A stretch of DNA of 56,921 nt, counting the filler, from Porpidia crustulata (taxonomy: Eukaryota): NCBI GenBank assembly GCA_964255105.1. It is 3 parts of 3 records of this genome, joined end to end, with 100 filler letters (N's around TTAATTAATTAA, not from the genome) between each part and the next. Parts side by side here need not be neighbours in the genome. Positions count along the whole stretch, not along the records: positions 19,015 to 37,919 come from CAXUWE010000160.1; positions 38,020 to 56,921 come from CAXUWE010000161.1; 1 more part is not named here. One strand, 5' to 3'. The notes under the pieces were generated by a model that saw nothing but the letters and a program-made list of their open reading frames with translations, made no database searches and was not told the origin of the DNA. Position 1 is the first letter of the stretch. Each line of letters starts with the position of its first letter. This document shows positions 28,974 through 42,127 of the stretch, piece by piece. A program made the position numbers and the translations under genes.

Positions 28974-29139
28974 ATAAATGAGAATTTATTTTAGACAGTG
29001 TGGCAGACGAAGTCTTGCAAATACGTTAGACAGATGGCCGGAAAAGCTTTCGAGGAAGGCGAAAAGGGGGGATTCAATGTGCTTTACAAACTATTATTTA
29101 CGCATAATCGTTACAGCATCGTCTTTGTAATCACCGTCG

Positions 29140-31261
29140 TTACCATAAATGAACCATCTTTAAGATATCATGTCGAGTGAAGAAGGACCTGTTCCTTTTG
29201 CCCAGGATATCTATGAGGTCGACTAATCAGCAATATGGTCACGCCAGAACAAAGTGGAGGAGTCGACTTACACATCGGAATGCTGAGCAAACAAATACCA
29301 AGTTGTATACTTGCAATTATGTAAAAGGTCTTGAGTATGCCTGCCTTGACCAGCCAGGAGTAGGCGCTCCAGGTCAAGCCAAAGCTGAACATGTTTTTGA
29401 AAATAAGCAGGCAGGTAAAGGCTTCAACGGCAATCTCACCTAGACCAGATTAGCATTTATCATGGGCTAGACTATCGTGAGACAACTTACGATGTGCATC
29501 CACAATATATAAAGCACTCGCCACAGCTCCCAAAACCATGCCCATGACCTCAAGCGCAAAGAAGAAGTCAGGCCAAAACCAGCCATACTTCCCGACCTTG
29601 GCAGCCGTAATGCCAAAGCCATACAAGCCTGCGCACCCAAACACGAGCTGTACAATTACCAGTACAATACGAAACTCCGGTTCATATACGCCCTTATTGC
29701 GTCGGATCATGACTTTGGTAGACCAATCTGAAAGCACGCCGGCCACAATAAAACCAAGTATCGCTCCAATGAAGGGGCCTGTATACATATAGCCAGTCCT
29801 CACCTCGTCAAACCACAGCTAGAAGCGATTAGCACACAGGTTACAGAGATCGAATAATCGCTTACAGGTGGGCCTAGAAAAACTGCTGCAAGCACAATAC
29901 CTATCATCACTGTCCAGCCAATCAATGTGCCTTGTATGAGGCAGGCCCAAAAGATTGCTGGGTGGAAAAACAGTGGCAAGGGACGGAATAGGAGCTTGAA
30001 GAAGCTCTCGTCTGTTTTGCGGCCATTGAAAAGCCTTAAGCTTTGAGTAAAGCTAACTTTACTCGGAATCACATCTTGCTTTTCTTGCATTACATGACGA
30101 TCTTCAGAGTTCCCATCTTGCTTCTCAAATGAGACTGGACCACTCGTGCCAGGGCTTGCGCCGGTAGCAGCGACATGGCTTGTATGTTGGACGGAGTTCT
30201 CGCCAACCAGATCGGTATTAAAAGAAATGTCTCTTCGAAAAGCTGTTTCCGGAACGAAGAGGAATATGAGCGGTAGCATTGCACCGGCAAAAATTGCAAT
30301 CATATAGAATGACCATTGCCAACCTGCAGGGAGGAGAATTAGTATCGTCCGTAAACAGGGAGTCGTTCTGCAGATGTATACCTATTGTGTGAGTTATTTT
30401 GCCAACAATAACCTACACACGAGTTAGAAATTGGCCTTTTGAGAATTACACAAGGTAGCATTCTCTCACGGGAGTGAAGAAAGCTCCACCAAAAAGGGCT
30501 AAGTTAGACAACGCCATGCGCTTGCCACGTTCCTAAAATACCATGAGCTTATCTTCGCCACAGATTCGTCCAGACGTAACCCACATGGACGAAGTACAAG
30601 TCGCCCACACTAGCATTTACCAAGGCTTCGAAAGGGGCAAGTCCCACGCCCTGGATTATTCGCGCCCATAGCAGACTTTTGTAGCTCTTTCCACTTGCGC
30701 CACCCCATGCGCTGCTGACAATAATGAGGACAGTCCCCAAGATATACAGATGCCTTTTGCCCCAGACCCGTGCTGATGCCACGAACAGGAAGCCTGCTAC
30801 TCCAACTCCGCATAGATGATACCCAGTGGCTAGTGCCAGCTGGGTGAAGTCTCTCTTGTAGTATATCGCCAAGGTGACGGTGTTTGCAGCGAGCAGTGGG
30901 CTCAACGTTGATGCTATTACCGAGATGGCGGATAGAATGACGAGAATCACGTCGCGTTTCCACAAGGGCCAGTTCTACATCCAGATTAGCTTCCGTTATC
31001 TTTTTTTGGATATCCGTACGCACCAGAGGGTCATTAGGATCGTCACTTGGCTGGGGGACAAGTCGGATAGGTACCGATCCACTCCTGTCATACTTAACGT
31101 GGGAGTTGATCTCCGCAAGCCCAGCAGGTCGACTGACATCATCAAGGACGTAAGATGTTCCTAGGCAGTCATGAGCAACAGATCGAACATATTTCTTCTG
31201 TAGTGTGATTTATACCTGGAACATGCTCGGATCTTGAAGGTTCCAAAATTCCGAGACCCAT
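29140..31261 (-). CDS. MFS transporter (DHA1/HOL1-like)
   Basis: Starts MGLGILEPSRSEHVPG. Contains VPQPSDDPNDP, ARVWGKRHLY, ARIIQGVG, SVGDLYFVH, FVPETAF and GVYEPEFR, with multiple hydrophobic helices. Multi-exon. Confidence 0.9.
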
Positions 31262-32136
31262 GCTATCCACGTCGAGGAATAGGTCACAAATCTTTAGTAT
31301 ATTCAAGTACGCTGCCGGCGATCATGCAAAATGGACAGGTTGTCTACTAGGACACTGACGAGCATCTTTCGAGGTACGAACTGATCGAATTGGATACGTT
31401 CCAATTCATCTTCGGCGCACATGTTCACACGATCCTGGGCTGACATAGGGCTGAATGACTTACACTTGCTGAGCACGCTAAGGTACTACTAGTGTTCCTT
31501 ATTGGTGCGTACGCAGTACGGAAGGAACACATCGCATCCTCACTCTCCAATCATAGAATCAGAACCCAAGACATGAAATGGCGAGCTTACAGAGTATGTA
31601 CACGGGCTTTTCGCTGGAGTTTCTTACCCAAAAGTCAAGGTCTAATTTGCTGTCTCACAATTTCAAAATCGAGTGATCGAAGTCGAAGAGCCGCCGAATT
31701 GTGACAATCTATTTAAGTGACTAAGGTACTCCTACGTGATAATACATGGACTAGGATTTGTTAGATGACCATGAAAGTTGAGCAATCTCTGAATTAATTA
31801 AGTGTTTAATTCATTTTTTAACTAAAACATTATTTAAATATTAACGTTAATTCTTTTCCTGGGCAATTCTGGCCGTGATTGGATCCTTCAAGTGTCATTT
31901 CTTTGCCCTAATCTTTTAACCTCGCAGAAGCGGCATCGGGCCTATCACTCAAGCGTCTTCCCGCTAAACTCTGTTTGCTCGTTTGGGTCCAATTCTAGAC
32001 CAACCCCCTTTCCCCCTTACCCATTTAAGAGGCTATAAGGCGTCGAGTTGCTCACCCCTCGCGGCTGTTTAAATTCTCCAAGATCCCCCACGACCAATTT
32101 GTTCGTATCCATCATTACTTTCAATCAAATCGCACA

Positions 32137-33093
32137 ATGAAGGCCGTTCATCTCTCAATCCTCGCTTTCGCCGCTCTTAGCGCGGCGCAGCTTCCTCCTC
32201 TCCCCGATTGCGCTGTGAGTGAGAACAGGCACATTTATCTAATTATCAACTGACAAGAGGCAGAAACCGTGCGCCAATACGCTACCGCCCGAGTGCAATC
32301 TCGACGTGGGCTGTATCTGCAAAAGCCAGAGCTTCATCAGCAGCATCTCGTGCTGCGTCAAGACCAAGTGCTCTGACGCTGACCAAAAAAGTCAGTTCCC
32401 GAAAAATACTTGCGGTTCACCATAGCTGATACCTCGTAGAAACCCAGCAGGTTGCCCAGCAACTGTGCGATACGTCAGTCCTCCCAATGACTCTAGCCGT
32501 GTCCCTTGCGCATGAAGACTTCGTTTCACTTAGTCGTGCTAATGCGTACACCCCAGTGCCAATGTAAAACTGCCGACTACAGCCTCTTGCCCCGGTTCCT
32601 CGGGCACGACTTCTTCGACCAGCAGTATGATGGCCTCATCTAGTACTGCTGGAGCGGCAGGTGCCGTAGCCACCGGAACGAACACGTCAAACGGAACGAT
32701 GGCTGGTAGGTTAAACAATAGCACACTTTCAGATATCCTCCTCCAAATTCCGATTCATTCCAAGACTGTCTGCTCGTGGAACAGGATGTTTGATTGATTT
32801 TCGATTTTCGATTCTTTTCATCTTGATTTCTATCTAGCAACTTCACTCGCTTCGTGCCTGATTTAGACTAATTCACAGCTGTAGGTTCGTCTACCTCCAT
32901 GGGCGCTTCAACTGGTACCGCGGCTGGTGTTACATCGACTGGCAGTTCTTCGGCAACGGGCTCCTCGTCTGGCAGTGCGACTGGCACAAGTTCGGCGGCG
33001 GCAAGCACCTCCAACGCTGCTGCTGTGCTCGAAGCGTTTGGTTCGGGCATTGGCGCTCTTGGTGCGGCTGTCGCAGCTTTAGTGTTGCTCTAA
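32137..33093 (+). CDS. Secreted CFEM-domain protein with Ser/Thr-rich stalk and probable GPI anchor
   Basis: Five exons read manually: signal peptide MKAVHLSILAFAALSAAQ, then LPDCA-KPCANTLPPECNLDVGCICKSQSFISSISCCVKTKCSDADQK-TQQVAQQLC, an S/T-rich linker and a hydrophobic tail SNAAAV...LGAAVAALVLL. Confidence 0.88.
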
Positions 33094-34696
33094 GTCATAT
33101 TATCTTTGCATAGTACTTCGAACTGTATATTCTTAACGGACCAGATCGGTGGTGGGAAAAGGTCAGGGTCCGTAGGACAGGTCAGGAAGGATGGCGTATT
33201 TTGGAGAACTAGTACGAGCAAAGTCATCCTACGTTGAAGACACTGAAGTCAGGAAACACATGCGTGAGATGTCCGATGCAGATTAGCTTTGAAGTATATC
33301 ATCGTTCTTACTGAGAATCGATTTCTATCTTGGCAACGACTACTCGGCCAAAACTCCTTCCTTCAATACCGGAAATCCTTTCATTACTCCCAGAGGCCTG
33401 AAGGCTAAGGGGCTCGGAAACCTCCCGATAATGAGGCAGCTTATCTCTGCTTGAAACGTAAAGAGAACGAGGGCAAGCGTTGCATGCATGACGGAGCATC
33501 ACCAAACCTCTACCAGCTCTTTGCCGGCCTCCATCTCCACCAAGACCCCTATACCCAAACTAAGACTAAGCTTCCGCTCCAAACTTCCTCAAGAATCTAG
33601 GAGCAATCCGTAGAGTATGGTCAGCATGTGAGTGCATCAGGAAGGTATCGGCTTTTTAGGAATTGACTTTGATTCCATCAAATTTTGTAGCGGTAGGGGT
33701 TCGAGCGGGAAAGATAATGCAAAAGGGATGGAAAGAACCTTACGAAGCCTTGTCTGCGTCGAGGATGGAGTCTACGTAATGACTAGGGAGTTACGAACTC
33801 GGTCACTTTCCAATAACGAAAGAGAGGAAGTTGTAGATGAGAGTGTGCTACGGTATACAATCATTTGGGTGAAGATGCAGACCTGAAACCGTTGTAGCAA
33901 TTCATGGCCAACCAAGGATCCCGATACGGGAATGAGCACAATTTACCACCACTTCGCCCCTAATGAGAAACAGCCAGATCGACTATTCTGCTTTATTTGC
34001 TTCAATCAGAGCTTTTCTGGATAGCATCATGGATTGTAGAAGAAGACAGGAGTTGTTACATGAGATGGGTAAAGGACAGTTTAATCTTCGCAGAACCAGA
34101 TCAGTTGATATATCAACAATCTACCTATTTGTTAGAGTTGTAAGTGTTTCAGAAGGGCATGTCTAGCCTATCAGACTCCCGCAAATGCCCGTATCAAGTT
34201 GCCCCCCTCGGGAAGCACTTCCCCCCACGTAAGCCTCCAGCTGTGTTTCTGTGTTACACCTACCCGTCACCAGCAGTCCTATCTCGCACGACTCCAAACT
34301 CTCAGCTCTACCTAATGCCACTACGACCACCGCATCATTCTCTATGGATCGAGTGGAACGTACCTTTGGATGGTCTAGAGAGGCCCGCAAATATGCGCAT
34401 TGGACCCAACTCTAAGCTTCCGTCATCGGAAACAGCGACCCAGCTCGCACTTGCTACGAGCTCTTCAACGCATATAAAAGGCAATTCCTTCTCGCAATTC
34501 AATCGCAGTTTTCATCCTTCGTCAACAACTCAATCGTTGTAATTCTTACAAACAATCCAAATATTGTCCAGGCATAGAGTCGGCTCTACCGCATCGTCGC
34601 CTATCTTGGATCAATTATATACATTTAATCACTCTGTCAGCGGCGGCCTCCTGACCGCAACGGACTGTCTTTACGGCTGAAAACAAGGCTCAAAGC

Positions 34697-36557
34697 ATGG
34701 CTCAAAACATGGCCGAAAAAGGCTTCGGAAGAGAAAAACCGAGCAGATCGCCAGGCACATCGCCAGGCTCGTCCATGTCGGTGATGGGCGGCCCTACGGA
34801 ACCTGTCTACGACGAGACCGTAGTGCAGAAGGAGAGCATCCCTCGGAGGATATGGGACAGTTTCAAACGGGATCCCAACGCGTTTGCCACACCGAAAGGT
34901 GTCATTGGTGCCAATGGCCAGGTGTTCGATGATCAGACGGCCGCACAGGCCACTGCCGATGCGCCGTTGGCGAGAAAGCTGAAGGGTCGGCACCTTCAGA
35001 TGATTGCCATTGGTGGCTCCATTGGTAAACGACCCACGTAATCTTAGCTTTGCTATGCTGATACCTTTAGGCACCGGTCTTTTCGTCGGGTCTGGTAAGG
35101 CGCTTGCAAACGGTGGCCCAGCATCATTGGTGCTGGCCTACAGTCTCATCGGCGTCATGCTGTTCTGCACCGTGCACGCTCTCGGCGAAATGGCGGTCTT
35201 GTTTCCCGTGGCCGGTTCGTTCTCCGCCTATTCGACCCGGTTCCTGGACCCTGCATGGGGCTTCGCAATGGGATGGAATTACGCCCTGCAATGGCTTGTC
35301 GCCTTGCCGCTCGAGATTGTCGCTGCAGCCATTACGGTCAAATACTGGCATTCCTCCGTCTCGCCTTCCGCCTGGGTTGCAATATTCCTGGTGCTCATCA
35401 TAAGCATCAATCTATTCGGCGTCAAAGGGTACGGAGAGGCGGAGTTTGTCTTCTCGATCATCAAAGTCATTGCGGTGATTGGGTTCATCGTTCTCGGCAT
35501 CGTCCTCGATCTTGGTGGTGGGACTGACAATGCTTTCATTGGCGGCAGCCACTGGCGAGATCCTGGCGCCTTCAACAACGGCTTCAAAGGGCTCTGCTCC
35601 GTCTTCGTGACTGCGGCCTTTGCCTTTGCGGGCACCGAGCTCGTCGGCCTTGCTGCAGCTGAAACTTCCAATCCCCGCAAGTCCCTTCCCACTGCGGTCA
35701 AGCAAGTGTTCTGGCGTATTTGCCTGTTCTACGTCGTGTCCCTTACACTCATCGGTCTCCTGGTACCCTACACGGACCGTCGCCTTATTGGCCAATCCAG
35801 CTCCGATGCAAAGGCTTCTCCTTTTGTCATCGCCATCAACAATGCAGGAATAAAGGGGCTAGACTCGGTCATGAATGTAGTAATCATGATCGCGGTCCTC
35901 TCCGTTGGCAATTCCTCCGTCTACGGCTCCTCCCGGACCTTGGCCGCCCTTGCAGATCAAGGTCAAGCACCCCGTTTCCTGTCGTACATTGATCGTCAAG
36001 GCCGCCCGCTATATGCCATTATCGTCGCCTCCGCTTTCGGGTTCCTCGCTTTCCTGGCAGCTTCCAGCTCCGTTGATCTTGCTTTCACCTGGATGCAAGC
36101 CATATCCGGGCTGTCCTCCATCTTGACATGGGGCTCCATCTGCTTGGCGCACATCCGATTCCGCAAAGCCTGGAAGGCACAAGGTCACACCTTGAATGAG
36201 CTGGCTTTCCGTGCTCAATCTGGCGTCATCGGCTCCTGGATCGGGTTTCTCTTTAACGTGCTCGTGCTTATTGCCCAATTCTGGACCAGTTTCTCGCCCA
36301 TACCTCAAGGTGGACAAATGATCACGGGCGTTAGAGCGCTGACGGAGAATTTCTTCCAAGGATACCTAGCAGCACCGATTGTGCTGCTGTTTTATATACC
36401 TTATAAGTTTATATATAAGACCAAGGTGATGCGATGGCGGGACATGGATCTGCAGACGGGAAGGCGCGATTTGAACGTGACGGAGTTGCTTGCCGAAGAA
36501 GAATTGGAGAGGAAGGCGTGGCCAAAGTGGAAAAAGGCGTACAAGTTTTTCTGCTGA
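34697..36557 (+). CDS. gap1: General amino-acid permease (APC/YAT family, Gap1-like)
   Basis: LKGRHLQMIAIGGSIG joins TGLFVGSG across intron 35025-35070. Also LGEMAVLFP, GYGEAEF, FAFAGTELVG, ASPFVIA, C-terminal FFC. Confidence 0.93.
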
Positions 36558-37919
36558 GGAATAGATGAGCGTGTGAGCATTCAGTGTTACTGATAATGCA
36601 GTGAGAGGCCAGTTGGCTTTTTTCATTCGCGGTGATGGCCATTTGGTGTCTTGCGTGGTTTACAAGATTGGAGAATGTAACAGGAAAAGAGGGATGAACA
36701 TACCTACAAGCAGCCACCTTAATGTCACGCAATATCGCTCCCGTCCCGCTCTAATTCGTCTCCCGACAGCTAGCAACTTGGGAATTATATATACCGCCGG
36801 CGCTCACTTAATGCTTCACATGAAGATTTATTTACCACACCATGGATCGATAGAAGAACTATTTCTAGCTATGTCTAACTTAGGTATCTATAAGAAAGCG
36901 AAATGGCAGGAACAGCATTAGCAAGCTGACTGGCTTTTTATATACGCCTTGATAGCCGCTTGGCTTTTTGTTATAGCAAGGAATTGGAAGATGCTGAACA
37001 CATAAACGACACATCATCAGCGCCTTCTTACAGCGTTGGTGCGGGAGTATAATATATACTATACCTCTTTCTCAACTAAGTAATCTCGTTGGCTTCGAAA
37101 ACAAAGATAATCAATGACGACTGACTCGGCTTTGGTCTGCACAATAGCTATGAATCAGGCAAGCAAAGGAAGCAGGGAATGAGCAGCATATCCAAGTCCC
37201 GCTCAGATTCTCAGCTACGAGAAAGTCCTATAATACACCACCTCACAAACTATCAGTCCCATTTCAAAGCACAGGAGATTCCTGAATCCACACGCATCCT
37301 CCGAGATACCACGCTCGATTACTTCGATACACGCTTTTAAAGCCTCATCAGACCGAGGGATATGGGTCGGGGAGCACAAGCAAGCCAGAGAGCCCGTCGT
37401 TCGAGGGGGAATGATCTCGCGCAAGGCGCTGGATGGGTATGAAAACGTCCTTCAACTAGGCGAGGACAATAGATGATTCTGGTGGTGTCGATGCTGGTAC
37501 GAGGGTTTTTGTGGCGTTCGTGGGTTTGGGGTTGGAATCGAATTTTAGGAAAGGGGGGAGTCTGATGGNNNNNNNNNNTAGTTGGTTTTTTGGGGGGTGG
37601 GGGGTTTGGGGTTTTTAATGAATTTTTTGTAATGGGGGTTGTGTTTGGGGTTTGGGGATGTGGACTTAGAAAATACCCTGGGATTTGAATTGTGGGGATT
37701 CGGATGGGTTGGTTTTGTAATAGTAGGGGTCTGGCTAGGAAGATGGTTAATTTTATGGGAGTTTTGGTTGATACTTGATACTTAATTTTCTTCTTCTATC
37801 GTCTGGCATTCAATTGCTCATGTCCCCTTATCAAATCTCAAGAAATCAAGAACAAAGCCAACGACCCCAACGACCGCATAATCCTACGCTCTCCATCCCC
37901 CTTTCCTCCCCCCCATCTC

Positions 37920-38019
37920 NNNNNNNNNNNNNNNNNNNNNNNNNNNNNNNNNNNNNNNNNNNNTTAATTAATTAANNNNNNNNNNNNNNNNNNNNNNNNN
38001 NNNNNNNNNNNNNNNNNNN
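37920..38019. other. Artificial assembly linker (N run + TTAATTAATTAA + N run)
   Basis: Same 100-nt structure as at 18915. Confidence 0.97.
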
Positions 38020-38567
38020 TTGTTGAAGGAATGGTGTTTTGTTGTGCGTGTATATTATTTATTTGAGGCGATGATATCGGATTTAATTTTGCTGTTATTA
38101 CTGTTTAAGTGAGTTTTCCTTCACTGTGCCTGAGTTCTGTCATCCCCTCTCAGTCACATATCCCAAAACATTCTCCCAGATCTCCATCACGTCTACATCC
38201 AACACCTCTGACTCGCCACCGCGCAGTCCTCAAACCTCCTCGCCGCCGTCTTCGTGATCCTCAGCACGCCGTCATTCAATCTCTTCTTCGCCCTCTTCGA
38301 AATCAATGTATTCATCGACGTTAGCATATTCACATACGCAGCCTGTTGGAAGCAGGCGGTTCCATTCATGTGCTAGTAGTCATGAACATGTCACGCGATC
38401 TGTCACTCAACATGCTACGTGATGTGAATCAGTCACTTAACGTATATAGAAGAATTTCAAAACTCCAATGATTGTCAGATTTCTTAGATGAAACCTCAAT
38501 TTATAGATGAATTGAATGCTAGAGATTAAAACTATCTCGTCTTAGATTCTTACGCAGCGTACAAATA

Positions 38568-39665
38568 TTATTCGTGTGTCTGATTAATTTCGCGGCAGCG
38601 CACTCTAAGTCCTACTGTAATACCCAAATGATCGCTAGCCCACGCCTCGATTTCTTTAAGAACATCATTCTTATTGGAGCCCGCTTCACGAGAACGTTTG
38701 TAGAATTCGTTGTCCGGATCTATATACACCTTGGCGGGTTTTTCAACGTACTTTCCCTTCAGGATAGAAACCTTTGTCACTTCAGACTCCCAGGCTTCAA
38801 CCTTCGCCTTTACTCCTATTCCCAACCGCCCGATTTTCCCAGTCAAATCCTGGGCCTCAGTAAGCGCAACCGTATCAGCCGATCCTGTGATAAAGAATTT
38901 GTCGAACCGCTTCCGAGCCCTTGGACCCCGTGACTGATAGCCCCAGGTATTTCCTTTTGCTCTCCCTAAGGTGATATCTTTTTGAAAGGGTTTCAGCGGC
39001 GGAATAGCAGGCGGTGGGGTCTCTTCCTAGACATCGCATAAGTTGACGTTCTCGGCTTTGTGGTTGGCGGCATCGACTGGCGAAATAGGGTTCATATCCC
39101 CTCTTATCAATCCTGCTGTAATTTCGGTACAAGATGTTGACGGTGCTTTCAGTAGAGCTGAGATTTGAGCCAACTGAAGAGGTCTTTGCTCCTTTCCCTC
39201 CGCTTCCGGTAGAGACTCTAGGTGCGTCATACAAAGCCTTAGAACTTGGGTGAATTGTGTGGGACCTTCTTCAGAAGAGAGAATAGGAATATCAACCACG
39301 AGAGCATCTCTACCCATTTGAATGGGTGGAGGTGGTGGGTCACCGAAAATTTCCTTGAAATGATTCATGGCTGAGGAAGCGCGGTGGGCTCGTCCTAGAG
39401 CCATGAAATCAATGTTCCAGGATACGATTCTCAGTAATTTGCCGTGGCTGAAGCCTGCCTGGTCGGAAACGGATCTGGAAGGTCGCCAGCTGAACGTCAT
39501 TGCTTCGCAGATGGATGGTATGAGGAGTTGGGGTGCCGGGCAAAGTTTAGGAAGAGGTACATTTAACATCGAGTATTTTTGTTTACGAGAGTGGGCGGTA
39601 TTAAAGGCAAGCAAGAGAGTGTTTCTCGACCTTGGCATCAACTGGACGAGGACTTTTGATGGCAT
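38568..39665 (-). pseudogene. Endonuclease/exonuclease/phosphatase (EEP, TDP2-like) pseudogene
   Basis: One frame carries LRIVSWNIDF, MGRDALVVDI, THLES, GDMN, NTWGYQ, RFDKFF and WASDHLG. It is interrupted by a TAG at 39027-39029 (DV* where DVW is expected) and lacks the LQEV segment. Confidence 0.75.
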
Positions 39666-41025
39666 TGTCGAGGATCTGTTTGACTGTCAGGAAGACAAGT
39701 TTCTAATGAATTGGAATGACTTCTATACATGCTTTGGAGAGGCAATGGAGCAACGCCCCGCTCGATAGTGTAAACATCTTATTTCCGATAGTGTAACACC
39801 TCCTTACTTAATAAATATGTTTGAGGAACAGTGATTGATATGATTCACATCTACGCTGCCGCATACTCTGCTGAGATCGCTGTCTCCATCTATCTGTGCT
39901 CTTTGATGCCCTTACTTGGGAGACCAGACAGCACGCCCGGTAGATCCTGGCGTTTGCGGTCCGCTTGCAGACAGATGGGGAGGCAAGTGTCCGAGGTAGA
40001 GAGCTAGTCACCAAGTCCACATTTACCTGCATGGATGTCATCTTCCGTGTGGGAAAGATCAAATATGCCGAATGATTCGTTGACTGAAAGGCCCCTGACA
40101 GTAGAAGACTCAACTTTTTCCAGATGTCAACTGAGCGTGGTGAGGTGGTCACTATAGGCGAAGGATTCGTAGCGTAGTCCAAGCTAGACTTGTGTAGAGA
40201 ATACGCATCAGCTTAGTAACGACAATATACTTGTCGCCAGCCGGATTTAAGTACGCATGCCGAAGTTCGAAAGTGCGCGGTACATGTTAAGGCCAATAGG
40301 GAGTGATACATGGTGGGTAGACTACCTTTGCAGTTAACATTCTCGGTACCCGCTTGTTTGCTTCAGGCAGCTTGTACTTTTAGTGAAGTTTCATGCTCCA
40401 GGAGACCAGTTCGATTCTGCAGGAGTCCGACCGCTAGAGTCAATCTGCACCGATTCTCAAACGAGCAGAAATGTCACGAAATTTTGAAGCACGATTGAGT
40501 CGCATGATATTCCGAGTGAATGTGATCAGTAGCGAGATCTATTCTTTCGAGTCACTCCATGCTCATGGATGAAAGATTCCAAGTGTATCTCTTGGTAGCG
40601 TGATATCGTCTGTACGAAGATACGATGTACTCCGGACACTTTTTCATGTCAGAGGTGATCTAGGCCTCCTACATCATTTGACGCCAATATGATCAATAAC
40701 AAGATATCTGTGGATGTGTGAGATATCTGGACTTGATGCTACACGAAGGAAGAAGATCCGTCGTGTAATCAGTAATAACATGAACATTCGCTCCGAGCTC
40801 CAAGATGCATGATTTGCACACCGATGAGATCTGGTGGGCAACTGCCCAAAGTCTCCAACTGCCGGCGATGAAGTAGTCTTCTGTATCACGCAGTATCGAC
40901 TGCAATACAGAACTATTTGCCATAATTTCTGGCCGATGGCTTGAGGTATGTCGGGGATTGATAGGATAGAATATAGGTTGATAGATTGAATCGGTCTACA
41001 TGCCACGTACCTATAATATTGAAAT

Positions 41026-42127
41026 CTAGCACACTATTACCTCGTTGATCAACCGTTTGTGGGATTCCATGGCCTTTTTAGCATAGCCCTTCATGTCCTT
41101 CCAAACCTGGTCGTCCCCACGAGGCCCGCCATCGAAGACCTCCATTGAAAACCAGCTGCGAAACCCAGTCTCAAGAACAGCTCTCACGACTCGGTTCACA
41201 GGAAGATAGCCTTCATCAAAGGGAACTGGTCGCAGGCAGCTGCTCCATCTGCCTCTAGGTCTTAGACCATTCTTGTCAACATCGGGGCTGAGCGGCTTTT
41301 CAGGTCTGTATGCATCCGATATCTGAAGTATGTATATCTTTTCTGATGGTACAGTTGCGCTGAGTTCCTCTAAGCTCTTGCAAAATTGGGTCTCAAGAGC
41401 GTCAGGCCCGCCCTCGTGTTCAATCAGTCCAGATGTTGTGGTTGGGTCTGCCCACTCTCCTCCCGCAATCTGAAAGGTATCAAGGCATAGACCGATATTG
41501 GGCCTGTCCACCATCTTTACAATATTCCAAATATCCTTCCAATCAGGAGCATGGGTTGCCCAGCACCAATTCTCGTAAGCCAAACGAAAGTTATGTAGCG
41601 CAAGGAGGTCCGATAGCTCCTTCAAATCGGCAGCAAATTGTTCGAACGAGCCGGAGACATTCGGGAAGTCAGTCGAACCAACCTAGAGCGTGCGTGAGAA
41701 AAGGCCTAAAATGTATCTGTAATTGACCTTTCTGGCTTACTTGCAGCATGTCTGTTCCAAGAGCAACCATGATTTTGATCCACCCTTTCGCTCGTCTGAA
41801 TGCATCCTTTTGTTCTTCAGACTGGGCATGCCAGCCTTCAAAATTTGCAAATGGTTGGAGCATAACAATCTTGAGTCCGAGTCCATCGCACAGTGATCTA
41901 ACCTGTACGCCAGCAGCGCAAAGGGTATCAAAGTCCTCCGACTGCACATCTTTCTTGCAGTATTTTGAAGCATAAGTCAGTAAATCTGGGAAACCCAGTT
42001 CGATGCCCTGAAACCCAGCAGCAGCTATCGCATCGAGCTTTTGATGCAAGTCATGATCTGGCGTTCCGATCGACACGGTAGCGTAGCAAGTGGGAATTGA
42101 ATCGAGGGAAGCTTGAGATAGCACCAT
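41026..42127 (-). CDS. Xylose-isomerase-like TIM barrel protein, 3-dehydroshikimate dehydratase (qa-4/qutC)-like
   Basis: KLDAIAAAGFQGIEL, LQPFANFEG, AYENWCWAT, NIGLCLDTFQI, LQISDA, WFSMEVF. One intron at about 41683-41740. Confidence 0.82.

Noticed and set aside
31790..31855. Very AT-rich patch containing TTAATTAA
   Set aside because: Too short to call a RIP relic, and not flanked by Ns, so it is not a linker.
37540..37919. G/T-rich, telomere-looking sequence near the gap
   Set aside because: No regular TTAGGG array; it flanks N runs and looks like low-quality read ends.
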